Translations under genes and position numbers: made by a program
Origin: a virus
Virus record (IMG/VR): IMGVR_UViG_3300027752_001458
Coordinates: 1-64,000 of that record
Length of the DNA stretch: 64,000 bases
Strand: one strand, 5' to 3'
In this document: positions 39,946-48,991 of the stretch, piece by piece
Layout: each line of letters starts with the position of its first letter
How positions within the stretch are numbered: position 1 is the first letter of the stretch
The notes under the pieces: generated by a model
Databases searched by the model: none
What the model saw: the letters and a program-made list of their open reading frames with translations, nothing else
Told to the model about the DNA's origin: nothing

Positions 39946-40579
39946 CGTAGTATTTGTTCACGGATCAGGTCAATCAGGGCTTAGTGTTAGTTATTTAGAA
40001 GTATTTTTGCCAGAATGTAATCTAGTTTGTCTAGAATACAAAGTGCAAGAAAACCCAGATGATATACTGAAACGATTCAACTTGCTTACTCGTAATGAGT
40101 TTGGAGACGAATCGTTTCATATAATTGCACATAGTTACGGTTGTTTGATCTCTAGCCTGTTTGCCGCGAAGTCGAAACGAGTATTATCATTCGTTGCATT
40201 AAGTTCCCCATGGGGAGGCAGTCAAACAGCACGTTGGATATCAATGGTATTCCGACAAAGTAAACTGTTTAACAATGTAAAGCCGAACAGTAACTTTATG
40301 CAAGACATACAAAACATCAAGTTAGACTGTCATGTTACGAATGTAGTAACAACAGGATCGACAGGCTCTGCTAATGACTTGGCAGGGCTAGGAACACAGC
40401 ACAACGACGGACTACTCACAGTTGCTACTCAGACCAATGTACCGAAAGGATTTTCTAACGTGGAAACTGTTTACCTTCCGTTGAGTCACAACGAAGTACT
40501 TTTATCATTCGATACTATAAATATAATTAAGAAACATACCTTCGGAGACACTAGTGGCACAGAATACTTCTTTAAATAA
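39929..40579 (+). CDS. Alpha/beta hydrolase (lipase/esterase-like)
   Basis: VFVHG oxyanion motif, AHSYG nucleophile elbow, SSPWGGS, NDGLL, SHNEV. Confidence 0.85.
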   Translation: MPRLPNVVFVHGSGQSGLSVSYLEVFLPECNLVCLEYKVQENPDDILKRFNLLTRNEFGDESFHIIAHSYGCLISSLFAAKSKRVLSFVALSSPWGGSQTARWISMVFRQSKLFNNVKPNSNFMQDIQNIKLDCHVTNVVTTGSTGSANDLAGLGTQHNDGLLTVATQTNVPKGFSNVETVYLPLSHNEVLLSFDTINIIKKHTFGDTSGTEYFFK

Positions 40580-40751
40580 TACACTCGAAGAAGAGTTAAG
40601 ACTAATGCTGATACAGAAGAATAACGAATGCAATCTCTACAAAGAAGAAATTAAAATATTAAAAAGGTCTGTTGCTGAAGAACAAGAAGGCAAATACAGA
40701 GCTTACATTAAGATTGCAGATTTACAAAAAGCAAACCCTCAGAAATACTGA
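40554..40751 (+). CDS. Small coiled-coil hypothetical protein
   Basis: GTG start with a GGAG RBS; TATAAATA late box at 40516-40523 upstream. Confidence 0.65.
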   Translation: MAQNTSLNNTLEEELRLMLIQKNNECNLYKEEIKILKRSVAEEQEGKYRAYIKIADLQKANPQKY

Positions 40752-40754
40752 CCG

Positions 40755-43493
40755 TTATAATCCTTTTGCTAACTTCTGCATAAGATACAAATCAGCTTGT
40801 TTGAAATCATACCCGTTACTGTCACTTGCAATTCTCATAATTTCAGGCAACATGCTATCTGATGATTGCCATAAGTAGGACATAACTGCACCCTTACCTT
40901 GGTCAACAGATTTAGACCCTGATACACCCTTTGATCCGCTAAATTTGGATAATGCAAAACTTCTAGCAATGTCGTTGTCACTGCCTGCCATTATGCTTCG
41001 TAGTGCTCTACTACTATCAAATCCATCTTTGCCCAGTGTGTGAGTTAACATAGTTAGTGCGATGCCTTGTTGCGTTGACATAGGACGGTTAGCTTTCTTA
41101 AATGCGTACCTAGACATTTGTTTCAAGTCATTGTTTAATAATTGCTTACTTGCATTTTTACTCATACCAGCGGCAACTTGGTTTATAAATATAGGTTCTT
41201 TATAAGCGCCACCTTTCGGTACGATGGCATACGCAGAATCACCTGCACTAAACTTACTACTAACTTGACTTGCTTTAAGAATGCCTTGTGAGGATAAATC
41301 TTGTCCTGGTCCAGCCGTTTTAATAATGTCTGCAATGTCTGCCGAAGATAGCTTTCCTTTACCTGTATCAATCATTGTAGTAGCTGATGTCGGGTCAAAG
41401 TTCTTGCCATCACCAAACATAACTACGCCAGCCTTTTGTTCTGCCTCGCCCAGTATGTGCTTGTACCCAATTGCCTTTACAGGCTTATCAGGCTTAATAC
41501 CACCCGGGTATTGCATTTCATGTTCTGTTAACATTGGTGCAGAACATGATGTAATCATGTCCTCTGTTGCTTTTAAGCCAGGCCCATTAGCAAATTCACT
41601 TGCCAATGCATCACCTGCCATTGTCTTACTTTTTAGTAACGGGGCATCTTTGTAATTAGGCACCATAGTGTTAAGTGTTTCTACATCTTTAGGATTACCT
41701 GATGTATCATAAAATTGTCCTCTAACGTGTCCTTCTAATGCTGGACCAGTTACTCCGTCAAAGCCAGTGCCTTGTTTAACACTACCATCTGGAGCGACTA
41801 TGGTGTCTGGGCCTATGTAACCAGAGTCCGATGAACCTGGGGCCATGTTGTTAGCCGCAAATTTATCACCTGCTATAGCATCCGAACCGCCTGGGGCAGG
41901 GATAGTAATGTCTTGTGTTAAATGTCCGAACCACGGTTCTCTGGTTGTGATCATTGTTGTCGTAGATGCGACTTTTATTTTCTTGCCTCGAGGGTCTTGG
42001 AAATTGCCTGCATACTTAGAATCAACTGTTGCTGGTAAAGACGGATCAACTTGTCTTAATCCGTTTGTAGGTAAAGGATTGCGAGTGTCTGTTTCTGCAT
42101 GGTCATAGTCCATAACAGGAATGCTCAACGGCTCGTCCTGAAATACTGTTACTGTTAAGGGTGTAATCGGTCCAGGGACGCCAGCTGATCCTGTGCTTCC
42201 ACCATCATTAAGATGTACAGTTGCCCCTTTAACATAACTAGGTCCGCCTGATACAACGTGTGTTGATCCACCTGTACTTATAAATGCATCACTACCGGAT
42301 TCTATCACAGTGGTTGCAGGAGTTTTAACTTCTATGCCTGACTCACCATATAGTTGCACACCGCCTTTTGATGCCGCCGATATTAAACTGCCGTCTTTAA
42401 GTGTTTGCATTTTAATTTGATTGTTTGTTAATTCGTTAATGCTATTACCGGCTTGTATATAAACATCACCACCAGTTGCGCCGCCTAAGTTTATTGTGTC
42501 TACTTCGCCGCCGGCATCTTCTAGCAACCCTGCGTTTATGTTTACCCTAACACCAGCATCTAAGTTTAATGTATGATCTGCTCTAATATTAACATTAGCG
42601 GTTGCTCTCATGTTTAAGTCGCTGTCGCTAAACACTTGTATACTGCCGTCTGCGGATAACTCTACCCAAGCAGTACCAGGACTGTTGATAACATAAACAA
42701 GTTCATTTGTATCGTCTATCAATACCTGTCCGCCACCAGCAGTTCTCATTCTGATATGACGCTGTTCCAAGTTATCGTCCATTACAAAACTGTGTCCGCC
42801 TAATCTATTTGTGCCGTCCTTTTTTCCTGTATCAACATTTACTTGCTCTGGCCCAGGTGTTAAAAACCCAAATACTTGTGAAGGACTTTCTCGTCTTGCA
42901 CCACTAGTTGTTGTACCTCTAACAGGGTCATTAATTAGTCCCTGCATTACTATAGGAAATGCTATGTATGGATTAAGTGGTCGCTGTGGAGTTTTACCGT
43001 GGCTTTTATTTTCGTCTCGTCTATTCTTTTCTGCTGTCGGTAATGGCTGGCTTGTGCCAAATGTTGCGCCAGCTGGGTTACCGGGCACCATGTTTTGCAT
43101 TTGGTCCGGGAACATGCATCCTATAATAATAGGTTGTTTCTTTTTACCGTCGCCGAATATTACTAACACAAAGTTGCCTGGATCAGGTGGAACCATCCAC
43201 ATGCCATATGTCTTCATTGTGTCTTGATATTTCGTTGTATTCTTTCCAACTGATGCACTAGGAGTTGTGCCTGCAAAAGGACTACTCCAGTAACAGTTAA
43301 AATACCCTTTTGGATCGTTTCTGTCTTTTGACAACATTGGGATATAAACAGGTATACGTCCGCTGTGACTTGCATCTTTAGGTCTTACAATTACTTCGCC
43401 TACATAGATACCGTGATCCAGATTTGCCTCTTCACGTGACTTGTCTACTGGATTCTTTCTACTTATTTTATATTCGTCTGCCTTATACGCCAT
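40755..43493 (-). CDS. gp5: Baseplate hub/needle protein, gp5/VgrG-like
   Basis: OB-fold motifs GRIPVYIP, YGMWMVPPDPG; GHSFVMDD..RMRTAGG; beta-helix region; EPWFGH; C-terminal lysozyme-like remnant. Confidence 0.8.
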   Translation of the reverse strand: MAYKADEYKISRKNPVDKSREEANLDHGIYVGEVIVRPKDASHSGRIPVYIPMLSKDRNDPKGYFNCYWSSPFAGTTPSASVGKNTTKYQDTMKTYGMWMVPPDPGNFVLVIFGDGKKKQPIIIGCMFPDQMQNMVPGNPAGATFGTSQPLPTAEKNRRDENKSHGKTPQRPLNPYIAFPIVMQGLINDPVRGTTTSGARRESPSQVFGFLTPGPEQVNVDTGKKDGTNRLGGHSFVMDDNLEQRHIRMRTAGGGQVLIDDTNELVYVINSPGTAWVELSADGSIQVFSDSDLNMRATANVNIRADHTLNLDAGVRVNINAGLLEDAGGEVDTINLGGATGGDVYIQAGNSINELTNNQIKMQTLKDGSLISAASKGGVQLYGESGIEVKTPATTVIESGSDAFISTGGSTHVVSGGPSYVKGATVHLNDGGSTGSAGVPGPITPLTVTVFQDEPLSIPVMDYDHAETDTRNPLPTNGLRQVDPSLPATVDSKYAGNFQDPRGKKIKVASTTTMITTREPWFGHLTQDITIPAPGGSDAIAGDKFAANNMAPGSSDSGYIGPDTIVAPDGSVKQGTGFDGVTGPALEGHVRGQFYDTSGNPKDVETLNTMVPNYKDAPLLKSKTMAGDALASEFANGPGLKATEDMITSCSAPMLTEHEMQYPGGIKPDKPVKAIGYKHILGEAEQKAGVVMFGDGKNFDPTSATTMIDTGKGKLSSADIADIIKTAGPGQDLSSQGILKASQVSSKFSAGDSAYAIVPKGGAYKEPIFINQVAAGMSKNASKQLLNNDLKQMSRYAFKKANRPMSTQQGIALTMLTHTLGKDGFDSSRALRSIMAGSDNDIARSFALSKFSGSKGVSGSKSVDQGKGAVMSYLWQSSDSMLPEIMRIASDSNGYDFKQADLYLMQKLAKGL

Positions 43494-43494
43494 C

Positions 43495-45900
43495 TTATCG
43501 CCCTGTTAGATCTATTTTAGATAGACTTAGTGATGTTACTTTTGGTGCTCTGGTCATTTCAACTTCAAACAATCCACCTGAGAAACTTGCTGTAAGTCCG
43601 ATAATCGCGTATACTCCACTTATAAAGAATGCTGTTCCTTGCTGTGTCATATAACCTGTGTTCTCATCTTCATCGTCAACGTTTGGGTCTCGGACTCGAG
43701 GTGTTTGCATTGTAAACAAAAAGTAGTTATCACTATTGCCATACACTGCATACTCATCCGTGGACTTTTTATCTTCGCTCGCCGCGTCTGCGTTACCTGG
43801 GTTACGCTGGTCTCTTGCGTTTGCATAAGGCATTGGTCTACCTAGGTACCATGGATCGCCACGTACTTTTAAATTTAAATCTATTAAAATACCTGCATCA
43901 TTTACATTCTGGTACATGTACCCAAACAGTGTTGCACTTGCTGTACCGTCATTTGTTTGGTTCGATGTTGCTATTACACTCTTGCCGTAATTATATTTTG
44001 GCTTAGGCGATGTATCGATATCTTCTGCTGTTTTCTTTGTGCTTTTCTTTAGTTGTTGTAATGCTTGGTATCCTGATAATTCACCGATAACGGTTGTTGT
44101 ACCACCATAATCACTTAGTAAGTCTGCACTATATAAGTATCCGCTTGCTTCTGGCTTGTATGGCTGTGCATTAGGATTAGGTGCCGGAGAGTCAACAGGG
44201 AAGTCTTCTTTTCCTTGTTCTGTTTTTCTGTAACCCAACGGATCTGAGCCTTGGTTATTAACGTACAAAATAGTATCTGCTAAATCGGCTCGTCTTTTAT
44301 CATCATCCATTATATCTGTGTATTCGTCACTTGATAGTCCTAGGGTGTCTTGTACTCGCTGGGCAAACACATCATCATCTAACGCCGCATTAATTCCTGC
44401 ACTGTCTTGTACCTTTGCCGCCACTTCTGCATCACGATCTTTGCCGTCAAGGTCAGTAGTAGCATCTTGATTCATTGTCGGAGAGTTTGCATTTGTGGCC
44501 ATGTCGCCCATTGTGCCTCCGCCTGGAACAGCAAGTAATAATTGACCTGCATTATACGAAATATCTGCACTTAGTATTTGGTCATTCAAGCCTGTGTATA
44601 GATAGTTGTACACCTTTTTAATGTTCATCTCTCTTACACGTTTTGTTGTTTGCTCTTTGTTAAGGTTGTTTTCTGCCGCCGCAACTTCGACGTCAGCTCT
44701 ATCATATATGATAGGTTTATAAATTATCTTCTTTGGATACTTGTTACGTTTGGTATCAAACACAGCGGCACCTGTTTCATCTAGTTCATATGATATCGAT
44801 GATTCAATCTTGTACCACTTAGTAAATGTTTGTGCTAGGTCAAATCCATCTGCGTTCACAGCCGGCTCATCGAATACTTTTTTCCTACTAGTCTTATCTA
44901 AGAAACCAGGACACATTACAAGTAGTGTGGTAAAGAACTGATTCATGTCTGTTCCTTCCTTCATTGCAATATTTTGATTGAACAGCCAGTCTGTGCCTGC
45001 TTCGACTCCGCCATCGAAACTTTCGGGGTCGTCTTCTAATCTCTTCTTGTATTCGTCTAACGTCTTAACACCTTTTTCCTGTGAGTTAATTAATCTATTA
45101 ACTTCTTCAGCCGCGTTGGCTCCTGCCTTGGTAACTTCTAAATCAGATATTTCTGATTTAAGTTGGGTAAGGTCAAACACAATTTCGTCATGTATGCCTT
45201 CTGCTTTTAAATTGTCTTCTCTATATTTTTTTAATTGGTCTTGTAAATCTTGTACAAGAGTTTCGATATCGTTACCGCTAACTTTTAAGTCTTTTGGTAA
45301 CTTAAAGTACTCGTCTGTGTAAGCAACTTGCGATCCTACTGGGCACGAAAAGTCGTATGTGCTACCAGTGGAGTCAATAGCAACACCTACTTCTGCGATA
45401 GTTAGTTTGTAAATAAATGGTCCGCCGATTGGACTGCCCGTTGTGTCTGAACTTTGAACTGGTGCGCCACCTACATCGTTGTCAGCATTCGGATTGTTCT
45501 CATATCCTTTAAATTCAACTGCTAAAAATAGTGGAACATCTGCCCACATATATTTGTGACCTAATGCCAACTTAGCGGCTTGTATCTGATCTAGTAAATC
45601 TGCGGCACTTGGCTGGAACAATTGGAACGTAGTCTTAATTGCCATTGCATTACCTGTTTTAGGCGATCCAACAATTTCAATATTGAGGTTGTCTATTTGC
45701 ACACCAGTAACACCGGTCTGTGCAATAACAACTGTACGTCCTGGCTCTGCGGCATACTGTCCTCTAAGCCACTCCTCTTCACCGATCATGTACAACTTAA
45801 GATTGTAACTGGTGTTTTCGTAGTGGTCTAGTATGTTACCCATCACTGCGTCTAGGTATACATTTTCTATCGCTTCTTTTTTATCTTTCGTTTTTGCCAT
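43495..45900 (-). CDS. Baseplate hub protein (gp27-like position)
   Basis: YNYLYTGLN, LKVRGDPWYLG, FISGVY..F.GG.F motifs; lies between the gp53-like gene and gp5. Confidence 0.6.
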   Translation of the reverse strand: MAKTKDKKEAIENVYLDAVMGNILDHYENTSYNLKLYMIGEEEWLRGQYAAEPGRTVVIAQTGVTGVQIDNLNIEIVGSPKTGNAMAIKTTFQLFQPSAADLLDQIQAAKLALGHKYMWADVPLFLAVEFKGYENNPNADNDVGGAPVQSSDTTGSPIGGPFIYKLTIAEVGVAIDSTGSTYDFSCPVGSQVAYTDEYFKLPKDLKVSGNDIETLVQDLQDQLKKYREDNLKAEGIHDEIVFDLTQLKSEISDLEVTKAGANAAEEVNRLINSQEKGVKTLDEYKKRLEDDPESFDGGVEAGTDWLFNQNIAMKEGTDMNQFFTTLLVMCPGFLDKTSRKKVFDEPAVNADGFDLAQTFTKWYKIESSISYELDETGAAVFDTKRNKYPKKIIYKPIIYDRADVEVAAAENNLNKEQTTKRVREMNIKKVYNYLYTGLNDQILSADISYNAGQLLLAVPGGGTMGDMATNANSPTMNQDATTDLDGKDRDAEVAAKVQDSAGINAALDDDVFAQRVQDTLGLSSDEYTDIMDDDKRRADLADTILYVNNQGSDPLGYRKTEQGKEDFPVDSPAPNPNAQPYKPEASGYLYSADLLSDYGGTTTVIGELSGYQALQQLKKSTKKTAEDIDTSPKPKYNYGKSVIATSNQTNDGTASATLFGYMYQNVNDAGILIDLNLKVRGDPWYLGRPMPYANARDQRNPGNADAASEDKKSTDEYAVYGNSDNYFLFTMQTPRVRDPNVDDEDENTGYMTQQGTAFFISGVYAIIGLTASFSGGLFEVEMTRAPKVTSLSLSKIDLTGR

Positions 45901-46196
45901 TATCTGAGTCTGTCTATTGCATTAGTTGAAGGTATATAAATTTCTTTACCTGAAGTAAAATCTTCAAGCGGGTCCACTAACAAATCTGGATTTCTTAATG
46001 CAAACACCCACCACAGTTTCGTAGTGCCGAATAATTTATTAGACAACAGATCTGGTCTCTTGTCAAATTTACTTTCAATAACATAGACCTGGTCAGCAGG
46101 CGATGATCCAATTTTTGGTAGCGTGTTAACATCTAAGTAAAACTTATTAACAGGCGCTCCTCGTAAGAAACTGTTAGTGTCGTGGAAGGAAGCCAT
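45900..46196 (-). CDS. gp53: Baseplate wedge protein, gp53/LysM-like
   Basis: RPDLLSNKLFGTTKLWWVFALRN..IYIP. Confidence 0.8.
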   Translation of the reverse strand: MASFHDTNSFLRGAPVNKFYLDVNTLPKIGSSPADQVYVIESKFDKRPDLLSNKLFGTTKLWWVFALRNPDLLVDPLEDFTSGKEIYIPSTNAIDRLR

Positions 46197-46951
46197 TATA
46201 CAAACCCTTTATTGAATTGTGCACCACTGGAAAAAGCATTTAAGTCAAACTGACTTCTTAGTTTCTTCTGTGTATACTGCGGTACCATTTCGATCATGAT
46301 GTCTGTCTCTGTGGGCATGTACGTTATTGTCTTGCCCTGTGTAGGGTGATTGTATTCAACTGGTACATAGTCCACGCCGTCCGGTAATTGTATGTTAAAA
46401 CTTCTAATAATTACTGGCACTTTGTTGAATCCAAAATGACCCAAGTATTCAAAAATTAGTACAGGAGGTGGAGTACCATAGTACCCTTGCTCAACTGCTG
46501 AATCTCCGTAGTAACCTTTTGTCACACTCCTTAAAAAATGGAATATGGACAACAGGTACTGTGCTTCTTCTAGTGTGTTTGCTGTAAACTGTCCTTGTAC
46601 TGGCAATGTTGCAGGCTTACTATTAAGGTAAGTGTAAAACGGATAGTTAGATCCGTGTTGGCTATGCTCATCATAGTCCACTTGACCTTGTAAAAATATG
46701 TTTGGTGTATAAGGATACACAATTCCGCCACGTTCTTTCAGAGGACTTAATATACTAGGCTGGTCTTCGCCCTTATGGTTCTTGGTACCATAGGCAATGT
46801 CTTCTCCGCCTTTCTTAGGTCGGATCCTAGCTCTCCAATCGAAATTACCTATATCTTTTCTGTTTGATGGTAATTCGTTTATGTTTAGTCCGATTCCCCC
46901 AGCCTTGCCTTGTCCTGCTGGTTCTCCGTCAATTAATATGTCATCTGCCAT
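46196..46951 (-). CDS. Tail tube initiator/baseplate-tube junction (gp48/gp54-like)
   Basis: YPYTP, HSQHGSNYP, GTPPPVL..F.KVPVII. Start 46951 has an AAGGAG RBS. Confidence 0.65.
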   Translation of the reverse strand: MADDILIDGEPAGQGKAGGIGLNINELPSNRKDIGNFDWRARIRPKKGGEDIAYGTKNHKGEDQPSILSPLKERGGIVYPYTPNIFLQGQVDYDEHSQHGSNYPFYTYLNSKPATLPVQGQFTANTLEEAQYLLSIFHFLRSVTKGYYGDSAVEQGYYGTPPPVLIFEYLGHFGFNKVPVIIRSFNIQLPDGVDYVPVEYNHPTQGKTITYMPTETDIMIEMVPQYTQKKLRSQFDLNAFSSGAQFNKGFV

Positions 46952-46968
46952 TATATGCTCCTTGCTAT

Positions 46969-47000
46969 TATTTATCATAATAAATAAAAACGTATTTTAA
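46969..47000 (-). promoter_or_regulatory. Late promoter plus 16-bp palindrome-like box
   Basis: TTAAAATACGTTTTTA-N8-GATAAATA-N5-A. Confidence 0.65.
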
Positions 47001-47024
47001 TTATCATAACCTTTAGAATAAACA

Positions 47025-47052
47025 TTGACATCGGTACATTTTAGTGTATAAT
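47025..47052 (+). promoter_or_regulatory. Sigma70-type promoter for the gp55-47-46 operon
   Basis: TTGACA-N16-TATAAT. Confidence 0.65.
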
Positions 47053-47087
47053 ACAATATAAACGAATTATAGTTTTGAGGAGACAAA

Positions 47088-47963
47088 ATGACTACAACAG
47101 GCAGAAAAGTTAATTATCTTAATAATAAAGATATTTTAAAAGAAATTCACAAGAGCAAGTTAAGTTACTGTTATGTAACTGATGACGACTACATCCAGCA
47201 AGACATTATCTTAACAGACGTGTCAGAAATTAACGCAGAAACAATTGAACAAGCAAAACTGAACAAAGCACATGTGCAGTCTAGGGCCGCATACGAACAA
47301 GCTATTAAAGAAGGGAAATGGGTTAAGAAGCCTAAGCAGAAAGAATTTGCTGTTGATCCTGAAAGTTTAGCTGTTGATGGGTTAGTGTTTAGAGTTATGG
47401 GATATGATCATATTCCGGATGAGCCAGGCAGGAAGAAGACTACAAAAACTGTTGCTGACACAAAAGCAAAAGTAAACTTCCCTCCGTTCAAGCATTATAT
47501 TTTAGATAGTGCTGGTGCTAATCCTAGAGAAGTTGTGCGTAGCCACTGGATAGGTGGACTACACAATGGACACTTTAGCGTTACCCACGGTAACATCAAT
47601 AACGAGCTAGGCAAGATGTTTATGAAACTTGTTGAGCGTTACAGTCAGCGAGGTAACTGGAGAGGTTACACTTATGTTGATGAGATGCGTGGACAAGCAT
47701 TAGTGCAACTTGCACAAATTGGCTTACAGTTTAACGAAGCAAAATCAGACAACCCGTTTGCATATTATACGGCTACTGTTAATAATAGTTTTACTAGAGT
47801 ACTGAACTTAGAGAAACGAAATCAAACTATCAGAGATGATATTTTAATCGAGCAGGGACATTTACCCAGTTACGGCAGACAGATTGCACATGAAAACTCG
47901 CTAAGAGAAATGCGAGCAAGTGCAGAAGCAGAATTGGAAAACTCCGGCAACGCAACTAAGTAG
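47088..47963 (+). CDS. gp55: Late-transcription sigma factor, T4 gp55-like
   Basis: NYLNNKD..; NWRGYTYVDEM..F...KSDNPFAYYT; precedes gp47-gp46 as in T4-like synteny. Confidence 0.85.
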   Translation: MTTTGRKVNYLNNKDILKEIHKSKLSYCYVTDDDYIQQDIILTDVSEINAETIEQAKLNKAHVQSRAAYEQAIKEGKWVKKPKQKEFAVDPESLAVDGLVFRVMGYDHIPDEPGRKKTTKTVADTKAKVNFPPFKHYILDSAGANPREVVRSHWIGGLHNGHFSVTHGNINNELGKMFMKLVERYSQRGNWRGYTYVDEMRGQALVQLAQIGLQFNEAKSDNPFAYYTATVNNSFTRVLNLEKRNQTIRDDILIEQGHLPSYGRQIAHENSLREMRASAEAELENSGNATK

Positions 47964-47971
47964 GGACTCAT

Positions 47972-48991
47972 ATGGCAAACCTTTTTGAAAGGGCCGCATG
48001 TTTTACAGATATACATTACGGCTTAAAACAAAACAGTAGACAGCATCTTAAAGACTGTCACAATTTTATAGATTGGTTTATAGCAGAAGCAAAGGCTCGA
48101 GATTGTGAGACTTGCTTCTTCTTAGGCGACTGGCATCATCACAGAGCAAGTATTAATATTGCTACGATGAATGCTACTATTAAAGATCTTAAAAAGCTGA
48201 ACGACAACTTTAGCAAAGTTTACTTTATAACTGGTAATCACGATTTGTACTATAGAGAGAAACGTGATCTTAACAGTGTAGAATTTGCTAGGGATTTAGA
48301 AAACTTTGTTATGGTAGACGAACACTTCTTGCAAGACGGTGTTGCTATTATTCCATGGCTAGTCGGTGACGAACATAAACTGTTAAACAAAGTAGATTGC
48401 AAGTACATGTTTGGGCATTTTGAGTTACCATACTTTAAAATGAATGCAATGGTAGAGATGCCAGACCATGGTGGTATCACAGCAAAAGACTTGTCTAATC
48501 CAGAATATGTATTCAGTGGTCACTTCCACAAGCGACAATACAAAGGCAATATCCATTATATGGGTAATGCGTTCCCGCACAACTATGCTGATGCACAAGA
48601 TAACGAGCGTGGTGCTATGTTCCTCGAATGGGACCAAGAGCCACAATATGTTAATTGGGCAGAATGTCCTAAGTATGTTACTATGGGACTTAGAGAATTA
48701 CTAGAAGCACCTGAGAAATTCTTAGACGAGAATACACATGCTAGGATTAAATTAGACGTTGCTATTAGTTACGAAGAGGCAAACTTTATAAGAGAAACAT
48801 TTGCTGAAAAGTTTAGTGTTAGAGAACTACAACTTATTGTCGTAAAAGAAGAAGACGAAGTTTTCGATGGAGAAGAAATTAATTTTGAGAGTGTTGACCA
48901 AATTGTAATTAGTCAATTGGAAACAATCGAAAGTCAATTGGTAGAAACACATCGACTAATTGAAATTTATAGGAATATTGAAATTGCTTAA
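47972..48991 (+). CDS. gp47: Recombination endonuclease subunit (Mre11/SbcD-like)
   Basis: TDIHYG, LGDWHH, GNHD, GHF, SGHFH metallophosphoesterase motifs. Confidence 0.92.
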   Translation: MANLFERAACFTDIHYGLKQNSRQHLKDCHNFIDWFIAEAKARDCETCFFLGDWHHHRASINIATMNATIKDLKKLNDNFSKVYFITGNHDLYYREKRDLNSVEFARDLENFVMVDEHFLQDGVAIIPWLVGDEHKLLNKVDCKYMFGHFELPYFKMNAMVEMPDHGGITAKDLSNPEYVFSGHFHKRQYKGNIHYMGNAFPHNYADAQDNERGAMFLEWDQEPQYVNWAECPKYVTMGLRELLEAPEKFLDENTHARIKLDVAISYEEANFIRETFAEKFSVRELQLIVVKEEDEVFDGEEINFESVDQIVISQLETIESQLVETHRLIEIYRNIEIA

